A DNA stretch of 64,000 nt, from positions 23,130-87,129 of IMG/VR virus record IMGVR_UViG_3300020438_002794. One strand, written 5' to 3'. The first letter of the stretch is position 1. Every line of letters starts with the position of its first letter. Shown one piece after another: positions 19,249 to 29,262 of the stretch. The notes below the pieces were generated by a model, which saw nothing but the letters and a program-made list of their open reading frames with translations, searched no databases and was not told where the DNA came from. The translations under genes were made by a program, and so were the position numbers. Source of the DNA: a virus.

Positions 19249-20282
19249 ACAGCTACCGCTTCTTTAAACTTGCTTAGTATCAAATCAGTATTGCAAAAAC
19301 AACTTGTCTTTTCACATGTGTATGCATAAGCAGGCATTCTAAAAGTCCTAAGATTCTCTATATGTCCAAGCCACCTTATAGTACCATTTTCATCTTTACC
19401 TTCAGGTAAACATGCGGCTCCACTAATATATCCAAGTTCATTGACAAATAAACCATCTATACCAGCATTACACTTCCATCCTTTGAATTGATTTTTCTTT
19501 GAAGCATATAGTCCGTTTGTATCTAATATAGTTTCTTCTTTGTATCTGCCATCAGCCATTTTATAAACTGCTGTAGCATCAATTGGCATACTGTACTGTT
19601 CAAAACTAACATCTGGGTTACCAGTTTTTCTTTTGAATGCTAGTTTCTCATCAATCTTTGCTTGCTGTTCTTTTGTGTATACATGTGGTCTTTCTTTCTC
19701 TGTTAACCAATCAGCAACAATAGGAACTTTCTCTACAAAAAACTGTCCCATATATGGTTGTGTTTTTAGTATTTCAAAAAACTCAATACACTTATCAAAG
19801 TATACTTGTTGTGGGTGCATCATAATACGCACTCCTAATAGTGTATAAGGCCAAAGTGTATCAATAACTTTAACACAATGTTTTAAACTTGTTTTCTCAC
19901 TGTGAAAACTAAAACTTACCCAACGAAAACTTTCTTTGTGCTTTTCCCAAAATTTAAGACTTTTGCTTCCGTTTGTTGTCAATCCAATTTGTACCTTTTC
20001 TTCTACTAACCAGGTTAGGAAATCATCGAATACAGGCAATGCTGTAGGTTCACCGCCAGTAAAACTTATAACAAGTTCTTCATCTTCATTGAGATAACTT
20101 TTAATTTTAGTTACAAATGCTTTGTATACTTCTAAGTCAAAAGCAGGACTACTACCTTCGTAATTGTAAGGGTGGCAGTATGCACAACTGAAATTACACT
20201 TGTTGGTCAAGTTCCAGTTTACATGAAAGTATTTGTTATACTTTTGTTTGATCTCAATAAGTTCTGCACTATCCGACAGCAT
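19245..20282 (-). CDS. Radical SAM protein with C-terminal twitch-like module
   Basis: CNFSCAYC, FTGGEPT, TTNG, SFHSE, GWKCNAG...CEKTSCFCNTD. Confidence 0.9.
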   Translation of the reverse strand: MLSDSAELIEIKQKYNKYFHVNWNLTNKCNFSCAYCHPYNYEGSSPAFDLEVYKAFVTKIKSYLNEDEELVISFTGGEPTALPVFDDFLTWLVEEKVQIGLTTNGSKSLKFWEKHKESFRWVSFSFHSEKTSLKHCVKVIDTLWPYTLLGVRIMMHPQQVYFDKCIEFFEILKTQPYMGQFFVEKVPIVADWLTEKERPHVYTKEQQAKIDEKLAFKRKTGNPDVSFEQYSMPIDATAVYKMADGRYKEETILDTNGLYASKKNQFKGWKCNAGIDGLFVNELGYISGAACLPEGKDENGTIRWLGHIENLRTFRMPAYAYTCEKTSCFCNTDLILSKFKEAVAV

Positions 20283-21282
20283 CTACTTTTCCCTCGGTAA
20301 GTTTATAGCCGCTAACTTGATTAAAGTCTGGATCTGGAACTATATCAAAACTTCCAACTTTTAACATTCCCCAGGTTAGCATATCAAATTTGTTACGAGT
20401 ATCAGTCTTTTTAATTTTATAACCACCCCAGTAGTTGTCTAAACTATAATTTAAATGATCTACTGCTTCTTCATGTGTTCTTGGATCGCCACACCAAAAC
20501 ATTAGTTGACTGGTGTAACAGCAACATTGTTCTAGTAAATCAAAACTACTACTGGTCATTTTGATAGCATTGTATTTGTCATCATCATACATTTCGATCA
20601 TCACGTTATCATAATCGTACCCTATTTGTGTAGGATATAAAAATATCTCGCCTGGATTTCGTTCCATACTAAAACGATCAACCCATTCATCTTCTAAATA
20701 ATGAAACTGTTCACCAAACTTCAATCCAAAATTTTGTAGATTTGTTTCTTGTGTAACAGTTGTTGTTACGTCTCTTAATACTTTGAGTGAATGGAAAATA
20801 TCAACCAACTTTTCAATATGTCTCGTAAGTCCTTGGTCATTTAGAACACGATAGATTAGTATACATTGTGTTTGCATAGGATTAAGTATATCCTGGTGTA
20901 CTATTAGCCCCCATTGGTGATCTATTTTTCCAGCATCCATTTTATACCATTCTTGTAATGGAATAAACTTTTGCAAAGTATTATCAATCTTAGTAAATGC
21001 TTGTCCACTACTCATTACGGTGTGTCCTAGTATGTCACTCAACGGTATGTTGTCAGTTTTGTATGCATCTGCAATTTCATTCCATTCTTCTATTTTATCA
21101 TTGAGAGCAGGAATGATTTCGTATAATCTTTCTAATGCTTGATGAACCAGATACACATTCCAATGTGTTATATATGGTTTACCGATAATATCTAACTCCA
21201 ACTCAAACCAGTCTGCAAAGATATCGCATTTGATTAGTTGTTTTTCTTTTTTATCGTTTTGTAATTCAAGCTCAAACTTCAT
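20269..21282 (-). CDS. Hypothetical protein, ~337 aa
   Basis: Long ORF in operon; ATG 21282 with GGAG RBS; no motif recognised. Confidence 0.7.
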   Translation of the reverse strand: MKFELELQNDKKEKQLIKCDIFADWFELELDIIGKPYITHWNVYLVHQALERLYEIIPALNDKIEEWNEIADAYKTDNIPLSDILGHTVMSSGQAFTKIDNTLQKFIPLQEWYKMDAGKIDHQWGLIVHQDILNPMQTQCILIYRVLNDQGLTRHIEKLVDIFHSLKVLRDVTTTVTQETNLQNFGLKFGEQFHYLEDEWVDRFSMERNPGEIFLYPTQIGYDYDNVMIEMYDDDKYNAIKMTSSSFDLLEQCCCYTSQLMFWCGDPRTHEEAVDHLNYSLDNYWGGYKIKKTDTRNKFDMLTWGMLKVGSFDIVPDPDFNQVSGYKLTEGKVDAVG

Positions 21283-22570
21283 ACTTGCTCCATAGTTTAT
21301 AAAGCTCTGCAAAGTCAGAATTGAAGTCTGTTTTACGCATTGTATCTATACTGCGAATATATTTGTTGAGGGCGGGCCACTTGTCGCTCCAATCCTCGCT
21401 ATTCATAAAGTTTGTCATATTCTTTAATTCTTGCACTTTATTCTTTTCTGGGTATTTCAGCATGAAGTTATCAATTTTTTCTGTTATAATTTGTTTCATT
21501 TCCTTAGGTAATACTTTAGCACACATGTACTGTGGATAGTGTAACACGCCAGGATGAAACATTCCTTGGTGATCATGTATTCCAATTTTTTTATAGTTTT
21601 GATCAAACAAAAACTGTGCAAAGTCTGGCAAATACCAAATGTTTAATGCACTTACAGTACACAATACTTTACCAACAATATGGTCAGCCGCGTTTTCTAC
21701 TTTGTCCAGTGTTTCGTGTACAGTTTTCCAATTAGTTGGATAGCGTAACCATTTGTTCATTTCGCCTATGCCATCTATACTAAGCATAAGTTCTACAAAC
21801 TTAAAGTGACCCCAAAGTTCTAATATATCATCTGGCATAATAGTACCATTGGTATGATAGCGTAGTTCTATATGTTCAGCATGTCCACTTTCGACACATT
21901 TCTTTAAGAAACGTCTGTGGTTCTTTAAATATAAAGGCTCGCCGCCTGCAAATATAAAGTGACGCATTCCGGCTAACAATGGATCTATCTCTTGTTCCCA
22001 AAACTCATCATCAGCGGCCCAGTCATATTTGTTGTTGCAATGGTCTTGTATTTTCCAATCCCAGTCACCTTTTACTTCAGGATTGTCGTGACTTAGATCT
22101 CTAATCTTTTCTGCATCTTTGACCCATTTACTAGAGTCAGTTGGTCTACACATAACACATTGTACATTACAAGTATTACCTAACCGTAAATCTAATGTAA
22201 TAACATCTTGATCCAAACTGCCATCTTCGTTAGTGCTGGCTATTAGTTCGTCAACATATTCTCTTGTTAATTTCTTTACCCATAGATTGTTTTCATTCAT
22301 TCTATGACTACGAATACCTGCCGCTTCTTCTTTCCAGCAATGCATACATGCTTTTAGTGCTTTGCCGTTGAGCATATCTTTTCTAGCATTTTTCCAATAG
22401 TAACTGTTCCATACTGCATTTATATCAGCATTGTTTAAGTTAATACGTTGGTCTTGTGTAGGCTGAGCTAGACAGCAAAGCAAAGCTGTGCCGTCTGTAT
22501 AAGTTGCCATGTGCATCCATGGAAGAATACAAAATTTCTTTCCATAGTCTTCCAAAAAATCTTGTGCCAT
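21272..22570 (-). CDS. Twitch-domain radical SAM protein
   Basis: FCILPW..LCC..CMHCW N-terminal module; LDLRLGNTCNVQCVMC; AGGEP; SIDG. Confidence 0.92.
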   Translation of the reverse strand: MAQDFLEDYGKKFCILPWMHMATYTDGTALLCCLAQPTQDQRINLNNADINAVWNSYYWKNARKDMLNGKALKACMHCWKEEAAGIRSHRMNENNLWVKKLTREYVDELIASTNEDGSLDQDVITLDLRLGNTCNVQCVMCRPTDSSKWVKDAEKIRDLSHDNPEVKGDWDWKIQDHCNNKYDWAADDEFWEQEIDPLLAGMRHFIFAGGEPLYLKNHRRFLKKCVESGHAEHIELRYHTNGTIMPDDILELWGHFKFVELMLSIDGIGEMNKWLRYPTNWKTVHETLDKVENAADHIVGKVLCTVSALNIWYLPDFAQFLFDQNYKKIGIHDHQGMFHPGVLHYPQYMCAKVLPKEMKQIITEKIDNFMLKYPEKNKVQELKNMTNFMNSEDWSDKWPALNKYIRSIDTMRKTDFNSDFAELYKLWSKYEV

Positions 22571-23922
22571 TATTCTACCAACTTTCTAACATTTTGATAC
22601 AAGTCATCATCAACAATACTAAAGTTGGTATTACGCTGTCTGTCCCATACTTCTGTCATCTTCACAAAGTCTTGTAATTGTTCTTTCCAATTATCTAACT
22701 GTGGTTGTTCCAAATATCCTACGATACCATCTACACTATTCTTAATTAACCAGTTCTTCTCATATAATATATTACACTGTTCTTTAAATTCAAGCAATCT
22801 ATTTTTTGCATTCTGTCTCATTTCAACAGGAAGATTTCTCACATCTAAATACGGAGGATGTGTATTAATTAATATGTCAACACCAATACTTTTCCATTCT
22901 ATTTCTGGCTTTCCTGCATAAAATTCTTCGCCTAACTCGTGTGCAAGCCATAGTATTTCGTGTATTCGATTTATGTTGTAGATTTGTAGTACAGGACTTA
23001 TATTGCTAGAAACGTTTGGTAAACTTAATATGCTTCTATAGTTTCTAAGTATAATGTCCCAACTCTTAGTGCCTCGTATAAATTCATTTACAACGCCTAC
23101 ACCATCTAAACTAGCATTGATGTCTACACTTTCAAATTTACCAATACTATCCAAAAACTTTTGATTAGCATTTGTACAGTTGGTATTCATAAACACATTA
23201 ATATGTTTACTATGACCTTGTTCAGCGGCATAGTTTAAAAACTGCATGTTGTTTTGAATCATAGTTGGCTCACCACCTGTCATGTAAACTTTTCTTAGTT
23301 TAGGCATCCATTCGTATATGTCTTTCCAAAAATCATCAGCATCAAACTTTTCTCTGTATTCTTTGCTGTTGATCCAGTCTGGACGTTTGCCGTATGTTTT
23401 CTCTTGTATTCTGGTATAGTCCTCTTCAACATCTGTGAGCTTGGCATCTTCTTTAGCAATAGTACTACTGTTAAAACTGTTGCACATTCTACAACTAAGA
23501 TTACACAAGTTACCCAAACGCAGGTCCAAGTAAAGAGGATCGTGTTCTGGTAATGCAAAGTCATTATTATAGCTTGCTTCAATGCGTTCATGAATAGCTT
23601 CTTCGCCTATACGGCGTTCCCATTCCTCATTGTGCATTTGTCTGAAACTTTTTTTACCTACTTCTTCTTGCAGGTAACAGTGTTTACAACTACTAACTTG
23701 TTCTCCTTGAATCATAGTCATGCGTATATCACGCATGTCTTTATCATTCCATGCTTGCTTTAGTGTTGTACTATTGATATCTAAAATTTTGCCATCATCG
23801 CCACGTAGTACACTGGGTTTGGCAATACAGCAAAAGTCAATACTTCCACTGGTATTCACCATCATGCTTAACCAAGGGTAAACACAAAATGTTTCCCCGT
23901 ACAATTCATCCCAGTCTGCCAT
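22570..23922 (-). CDS. Twitch-domain radical SAM protein (tandem paralog)
   Basis: FCVYPW..FCC..CKHCY; LDLRLGNLCNLSCRMC; TGGEP; SLDG. Confidence 0.92.
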   Translation of the reverse strand: MADWDELYGETFCVYPWLSMMVNTSGSIDFCCIAKPSVLRGDDGKILDINSTTLKQAWNDKDMRDIRMTMIQGEQVSSCKHCYLQEEVGKKSFRQMHNEEWERRIGEEAIHERIEASYNNDFALPEHDPLYLDLRLGNLCNLSCRMCNSFNSSTIAKEDAKLTDVEEDYTRIQEKTYGKRPDWINSKEYREKFDADDFWKDIYEWMPKLRKVYMTGGEPTMIQNNMQFLNYAAEQGHSKHINVFMNTNCTNANQKFLDSIGKFESVDINASLDGVGVVNEFIRGTKSWDIILRNYRSILSLPNVSSNISPVLQIYNINRIHEILWLAHELGEEFYAGKPEIEWKSIGVDILINTHPPYLDVRNLPVEMRQNAKNRLLEFKEQCNILYEKNWLIKNSVDGIVGYLEQPQLDNWKEQLQDFVKMTEVWDRQRNTNFSIVDDDLYQNVRKLVE

Positions 23923-23924
23923 GC

Positions 23925-24902
23925 TTACTCAATACTATCATCGACTTGATCTTCTCTTACCATAGCACCTAGTCTGTGTGGATTTTTATAAACAGTTTTA
24001 AAGAATCTACTTCCGATATGATCCATATCTGTAATTTCAAAATCTAACACACTCCTAAGTTCGTCACCTAGTTCTATAGTTTTAGCTTTGAGTTTATTCC
24101 AATCCCAACTTACACCAGTATTCACGCACATTTCTTTGCCGCCTTCAAATTGAGGGAACAGTTCTTCATTAAACATTTTGCTTAACCAATCAAAGTCTCT
24201 CACATTACGCCAATCCCATTTGCGTCTTTCTATGTTAGTCATGTGACAACCTAATCTAGCACCATATATTGCCCATAAACCATTTGTAGCATCTTCACCT
24301 ACTGTCATCCACACCAACAGTCTTTTATAGTTCTCGTAATGTATTCTTTTGATATCAGCAGGATCAACTACATCACCGCCTTCTAATCCCATTTTTACAC
24401 CTTCACGGAAACCTGCTCTCCATGCCTGTAGTGGGCTACCATTATTAGCTACATCACAATAAACATTGTTCATCTGTATATAACGTATATTCCAACAAAA
24501 GTCAACTTGTGCCGCTTTGTCACTTTCAGGAGCCGCTTCATGTGTACGCATTTTATTAACAACGTCTACGGGCCAGCACTTAATACCGCCATTTCCATAT
24601 ACCAATCCGTTTACTGCATTTTTTCCTGCCCAGCTAATTACATCAGTCGGAGTAACTCTATCCATGTTTAGTTCAGCATTAAAAAATTCTTCTCTTACAA
24701 TATTATCTGCATCAATTGTAATAAATCTATCCGTTTCAGCTATTGCCGCGGCGGCTTTGTGTGCGGCATCACTACCCCATACTCCGTGACTGCGTTTTGC
24801 CCACGGACATTTATCTTGTAAGTCTGCCCAATTTTGTTCTGCGTTAGGCTCGTCATAGCTGATATATATTATATCGAACTCTGTAACTGGCGTTAGTGTC
24901 AT
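23925..24902 (-). CDS. GT-A-fold glycosyltransferase-like protein
   Basis: ISYDEPNAE, AHKAAA, TIDADN (DxD), LVYGNGGIKCWP, AWRAGFREG. Confidence 0.72.
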   Translation of the reverse strand: MTLTPVTEFDIIYISYDEPNAEQNWADLQDKCPWAKRSHGVWGSDAAHKAAAAIAETDRFITIDADNIVREEFFNAELNMDRVTPTDVISWAGKNAVNGLVYGNGGIKCWPVDVVNKMRTHEAAPESDKAAQVDFCWNIRYIQMNNVYCDVANNGSPLQAWRAGFREGVKMGLEGGDVVDPADIKRIHYENYKRLLVWMTVGEDATNGLWAIYGARLGCHMTNIERRKWDWRNVRDFDWLSKMFNEELFPQFEGGKEMCVNTGVSWDWNKLKAKTIELGDELRSVLDFEITDMDHIGSRFFKTVYKNPHRLGAMVREDQVDDSIE

Positions 24903-24905
24903 AGT

Positions 24906-25913
24906 TTACTCCGGTTGGTTAATGTAGTCGAATGTTAAGTCAACATTACTTTCTCTGCATAAAATTCCACATTTAGTTAAGTCTAAACCTGGGGTTGGTA
25001 TTTCTAAAGTTCTATCCCATCCTATGCTATTTAATGGAAGAACAATATGATCTAGTAACTGACTTGGATTACGTGGATCTGTTATATACAGTCCTATATC
25101 AGTATATATTTTACTGTCCTGTGGATTTTGGAAATTACTTTTAATTTGTGTGACATCGCCTTTCTTAATTATTGTAAAGTCTGTTGCAACGTCTTGAGTT
25201 GGTTGAGTAGGTTTAGCAAATGATCTTCTCCTACTGTATCTTGTTCTATAATCTATTCCTGTGAAGTTTGCTTTTCTCTGTAGTCTATAACTTTGAAATA
25301 TTTTCTTAGTCATAACACTCATTTCTCCTAGCCCACATATTCTTCGCAATGGCGCCATATCGAAAATCATATAACCTTCTTCGATCAGTTCTCCAGGATC
25401 AATCTCAATAGTTTTTACTAGAAAGTTTGGATCATTGTCTTTAATTAAAAAAAGTGTAATCGGATCGTATACTCCGTCTTGTTCAGGATTCAAACTTATA
25501 TTTCTAAAAAAACGTTTACCTGTCATTCTATACAGTGTGTCTTGATTAAAGTTTACTTCCATTTTCCAACTGTTGATGTACAGTATAATATTGATATCAG
25601 CTTTAGTTTTTTGATTAAGTGGAACTACACTTAATCGTCTCTCAGCTTCTTTGATTCTCAAAACTGCTGACTTCTCAACTAGTTTTAGTTCATGATTAAC
25701 ATCGACTACTGCAAATTTTTTAGGGTCAACATGACCCATTAGTATTTGTCTAGCGTCATCACTATCTGTTACAATAAAAGGATTTTTTATTTGATCCTTT
25801 TCTCTATTTGTAACCGTGACTACATCACCATTTTCGTCGTCATAATAAACACACCATTTAGGTGCAGGTTTATCGCTCTTGTAATCTCTGAGTAAGGTTG
25901 GTTCTGAAGACAT
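24906..25913 (-). CDS. Hypothetical protein, 335 aa
   Basis: Long ORF in operon; weak internal repeat (LFLIKDNDPNFL / LYITDPRNPSQL). Confidence 0.7.
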   Translation of the reverse strand: MSSEPTLLRDYKSDKPAPKWCVYYDDENGDVVTVTNREKDQIKNPFIVTDSDDARQILMGHVDPKKFAVVDVNHELKLVEKSAVLRIKEAERRLSVVPLNQKTKADINIILYINSWKMEVNFNQDTLYRMTGKRFFRNISLNPEQDGVYDPITLFLIKDNDPNFLVKTIEIDPGELIEEGYMIFDMAPLRRICGLGEMSVMTKKIFQSYRLQRKANFTGIDYRTRYSRRRSFAKPTQPTQDVATDFTIIKKGDVTQIKSNFQNPQDSKIYTDIGLYITDPRNPSQLLDHIVLPLNSIGWDRTLEIPTPGLDLTKCGILCRESNVDLTFDYINQPE

Positions 25914-26784
25914 CTACTATTTCATCTGTTAAAAACGTTTCATCACTATAATGAATAATTCCACTGCTGATAACGCTATTTTCTATTTGTATTTTCTTAT
26001 TATTAGTTACCCAATAGTTTAACATATCAGTCCAGTTACCCGGAGCTTCTTCTGGATTGTTAAACACACCATGTGATAATGTATGTAAGTCATAATGATT
26101 ACTAAGTTTTACACCAATGTCGTCTGTGTGATCAACAAAGTGTGTAATTACATTACCTAAAACATTTTTTTGAAAATACTCTGGTTTCTTATTTGGAAAC
26201 ACATGATTGTATACGTCTCTCCAGTTTTGCAATACAGGGTCAGCCATTTTAAACCATTCTGCAACTGTTTCATCTTTTTTATCAAAATACATCAAGTTAT
26301 AAAAATATTTAGGTAACTTGTATTGTATTTCGTATTCGAATCGATTAACTCTTGGAATAGGAAAGTTTCTATAAGCAAGTGCGTCATTCGGAACACTAAT
26401 GCCGTTCTTAGATGACATTACCGCCCAAAGATCATTTATATCAACATTTACAAATAGTGTATCATAATCAACATATATTGTTTCTTCGTAAGGAGTTGCG
26501 TGATAAACTTGCCATAAGTTCATGCCATGAAATCCGTCTTTGTGAGCACTGTTTCCGTATGGTAATTCTATCATATAGTCAAAAGCATGTTCATAAAAAC
26601 TTTGAACATTACCTAATTGACCTTTATCTACAATCAGTGTAATACTTGCATCTGGGTCGCATACTTTTATACTACATGCAAGTGCATAACAATATCGAAT
26701 ATTGTCTTCGCCTGTATTAATACCTAAGGTTACAAAACCTCTATTAGGTGCATCATTGTTTTCAATTTCAATTTCTTCAGACAC
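25870..26784 (-). CDS. GT8-like glycosyltransferase-like protein
   Basis: ALACSIK, TPYEETIYVDYD (DxD), terminal IIHY. Confidence 0.7.
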   Translation of the reverse strand: MSEEIEIENNDAPNRGFVTLGINTGEDNIRYCYALACSIKVCDPDASITLIVDKGQLGNVQSFYEHAFDYMIELPYGNSAHKDGFHGMNLWQVYHATPYEETIYVDYDTLFVNVDINDLWAVMSSKNGISVPNDALAYRNFPIPRVNRFEYEIQYKLPKYFYNLMYFDKKDETVAEWFKMADPVLQNWRDVYNHVFPNKKPEYFQKNVLGNVITHFVDHTDDIGVKLSNHYDLHTLSHGVFNNPEEAPGNWTDMLNYWVTNNKKIQIENSVISSGIIHYSDETFLTDEIVDVFRTNLTQRLQER

Positions 26785-27688
26785 TGGTTTCTTCTTTCGC
26801 TAAATTTAACAAAGTTTGATAGTGCCTATCTAATGCACGTTTGTTCATAATATGTAAGTTTTGATCTGTATGTCTACACAATATATTTTTCCATTGCTCT
26901 GCTCTATTGTGTTTTAAAAACACAACATCATTCAATCCATTTACTTGTGCAATATCATCTTTTTGATCCATGTTTAGCAACGGCTGTCCCATAAAATCAT
27001 GTATAAAGTCATCATTGTTCATACCATTCATTAGGTGTGTTGCAATGCTAACACAAAAGTCTGTTCTAAATAACATTTTAGGAAATTGGTAAAGCAGGCT
27101 ATAATATTCCCAATTCTCTTTTACATGAGCCCATATATCAAAAAATAACTTGCTTTCTTCACTTTGATCAAAATAAACTATTGTACTCCACCAATGATGT
27201 ATTCCTGCTTCATTCAAAGTAATTTCGTTTGTGTAAGGCATTTCTCCACCCACATACTGTGCGTATCTATGCATTGCAATAGGTAAATCAGTTTCAAAAA
27301 TATAATTGTAAAAGTCGTTCATTAACAAATAGTCAGTGTCTAGTAACAGTGTACGCTCGTAAGGCGTATGATTGAAAACTGTGTGTTTGTTACTATTCCA
27401 AAAAGGTGCATTAAATTCACTCCACGGACTATCCATGTGCCTTCTTATATTAGTTCTCTTTTCTGTTACACTACCGTCGATAACAACGTTATCAAATGAA
27501 TCATTGACTAAACCTTTATCATGGCTTTGATTCATCCATTCCATTGTGCCTTCGTCAGTAATAAGTGTAACAGGCATGTTTAGTTGCTTTTTTGCATAAT
27601 GCGATGCTAGTATAGCAAACTTAGCATAATCTAGTTCTTCATTGTTATAGCAAAATAAACAAATGCCATTTCCTTGTTTTTCTGACAT
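26777..27688 (-). CDS. GT8-like glycosyltransferase-like protein (paralog of previous)
   Basis: TPYERTLLLDTD (DxD), FRTDFCVS, LHIMNK. Confidence 0.7.
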   Translation of the reverse strand: MSEKQGNGICLFCYNNEELDYAKFAILASHYAKKQLNMPVTLITDEGTMEWMNQSHDKGLVNDSFDNVVIDGSVTEKRTNIRRHMDSPWSEFNAPFWNSNKHTVFNHTPYERTLLLDTDYLLMNDFYNYIFETDLPIAMHRYAQYVGGEMPYTNEITLNEAGIHHWWSTIVYFDQSEESKLFFDIWAHVKENWEYYSLLYQFPKMLFRTDFCVSIATHLMNGMNNDDFIHDFMGQPLLNMDQKDDIAQVNGLNDVVFLKHNRAEQWKNILCRHTDQNLHIMNKRALDRHYQTLLNLAKEETSV

Positions 27689-27691
27689 TCA

Positions 27692-28039
27692 CTACCAATC
27701 CATTAAACTTTTAATATTTCGAGCTTTCTTAATTTTTTCTGCTTGTACTTTGTAGGCATTACTTGCCTCGGTATACGCACTTACCATTGTTTCTAAAAAT
27801 TCACTAAGATTATCTATTAATATTGGATTCTCTTTGGTGTCTATTAGAATAGCTTCTTTCCTGTCCATATCAAGTAAAGTCTTTACGAAGCTAATGGTAA
27901 CTGCATCAGCGAAAAATACGCCCTTTGCATAATGCACGGTTTGCAAAACTTGAGTTCGTTGTTTTAGAGTGCGTTTTTGATTACCTAATGTAATTCGATA
28001 ATTTGCAAACTCTAACGCTTTTTCGAGTCTCTCGTCCAT
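27692..28039 (-). CDS. Hypothetical protein, 115 aa, first gene of the modification operon
   Basis: AAGGAG RBS and own promoter upstream. Confidence 0.75.
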   Translation of the reverse strand: MDERLEKALEFANYRITLGNQKRTLKQRTQVLQTVHYAKGVFFADAVTISFVKTLLDMDRKEAILIDTKENPILIDNLSEFLETMVSAYTEASNAYKVQAEKIKKARNIKSLMDW

Positions 28040-28066
28040 ACTGAGTTTCTCCTTTAGTTATATACT

Positions 28067-28096
28067 ACTATAACTTATTTATGTGAGTTTTGTCAA
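28067..28096 (-). promoter_or_regulatory. Sigma70 promoter with a nested T4-late-type promoter
   Basis: TTGACA-18 nt-TATAGT with CATAAATA (28083-28076) inside the spacer. Confidence 0.65.
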
Positions 28097-28103
28097 CAGT
28101 TTT

Positions 28104-29261
28104 TTAGTAATCATCTATACTTGTGAAATCATTTACAATAGCAAATGTCGGAGCAGGTGTTACATCAAAACTAGTTGTGCCAATGGTAAGTGTATCAGGC
28201 ATCAAATAACTTACAGTAGGTGTTATTGTACCGTCAACAAAGTTGTTGTGTGTAGTGTCATCTAGTACCATTTTAAATTGAACACCAGCTCCGTTATTAA
28301 TATACTTTCCGTATATTTTAAATTTTAACTGTTGATAGGTGCTATAAGCACTGTATGCACTAACATATATTGTGCTACTGTATGATCCGCCGATAATTGC
28401 AGGATCTGCCCAACCAGGATAGTTTCCAGGTCCAGTAATATATCCGTAGCCATATCCATAAGATCCATATCCATATGTACCAACTTTTCTACCTAGTGTA
28501 ACGCCACTAGATGTAAACAATAGTCCTTCGTTAGTGTTTGTGTCTGATCCATCACCGTAATTTGCAGTGAGATCATAAAAGCCTTTGCCTTCACTAGTTC
28601 CACTTGTTGTTGCGGCACTTTGCGTCATAGTGTCCCAATTAAAGTTTAGTACACCCATTTCGTTAATGACATCACTCCAGTTGTAGTAACCAGCAGTCGA
28701 ACCGCTTGTCATGTTTAGTGCTACTCGTAATTGCCCACCGCCATTGAAAAAATACCTAGCTGAGTTATAATCAGCCCATTCAAATTTATGTTCACCATTC
28801 AGCTGATTATTCCAAGTTGTTGTTCTTTCATATCCTGTAGAAGTGGCGTTAAAAGCACTTGCATTGGTCGCATCTATTGTTAAATGTTTGTTGTTTAGTA
28901 TAACAGTGTTAAACTTTGTTCTAACTAAGTTTAAATCTTCAGCTCTAATAGCTGTACCTGCAGAAATAGTAGTTCTATTAGCTGGTATTGCAAAAACTAA
29001 AACGTTGTCTGTCAGATCTGTGTGATTAATACTAATATTTGTTCTAGATACTAGTTCTTGTAGTCTTTCTGCTGTAATAAGAGTACCGTCAACTAGTGCA
29101 TCAGCTATATTAACTGCACCCCAGCCAAATTTATGTGTTGCTATTCTATTAGCATCAGTAACAGCCGCAGTCGGATACTTGTCGCCAAAAACTTTGTTTA
29201 CATCAACGGCTACAAGATTGTATTCTTCGTTTGTTACTAAATCACCAACAGCACCAACCAT
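28104..29261 (-). CDS. Virion structural protein (baseplate/fibre-associated)
   Basis: T/G/S/N-rich composition, ARYFFNGGG motif, position in tail operon. Confidence 0.65.
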   Translation of the reverse strand: MVGAVGDLVTNEEYNLVAVDVNKVFGDKYPTAAVTDANRIATHKFGWGAVNIADALVDGTLITAERLQELVSRTNISINHTDLTDNVLVFAIPANRTTISAGTAIRAEDLNLVRTKFNTVILNNKHLTIDATNASAFNATSTGYERTTTWNNQLNGEHKFEWADYNSARYFFNGGGQLRVALNMTSGSTAGYYNWSDVINEMGVLNFNWDTMTQSAATTSGTSEGKGFYDLTANYGDGSDTNTNEGLLFTSSGVTLGRKVGTYGYGSYGYGYGYITGPGNYPGWADPAIIGGSYSSTIYVSAYSAYSTYQQLKFKIYGKYINNGAGVQFKMVLDDTTHNNFVDGTITPTVSYLMPDTLTIGTTSFDVTPAPTFAIVNDFTSIDDY

Positions 29262-29262
29262 C

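Noticed and set aside
1-23922. Classical RiPP biosynthetic cluster
   Set aside because: No clear leader-core precursor, RRE/PqqD domain, peptidase or exporter; surrounding enzymes point to sugars
1-28039. Interpretation as a host LPS/capsule island or chimeric contig
   Set aside because: No transporters, flippase, polymerase or integrase; same strand, composition and promoter style as the adjoining tail genes, with a late box at its head
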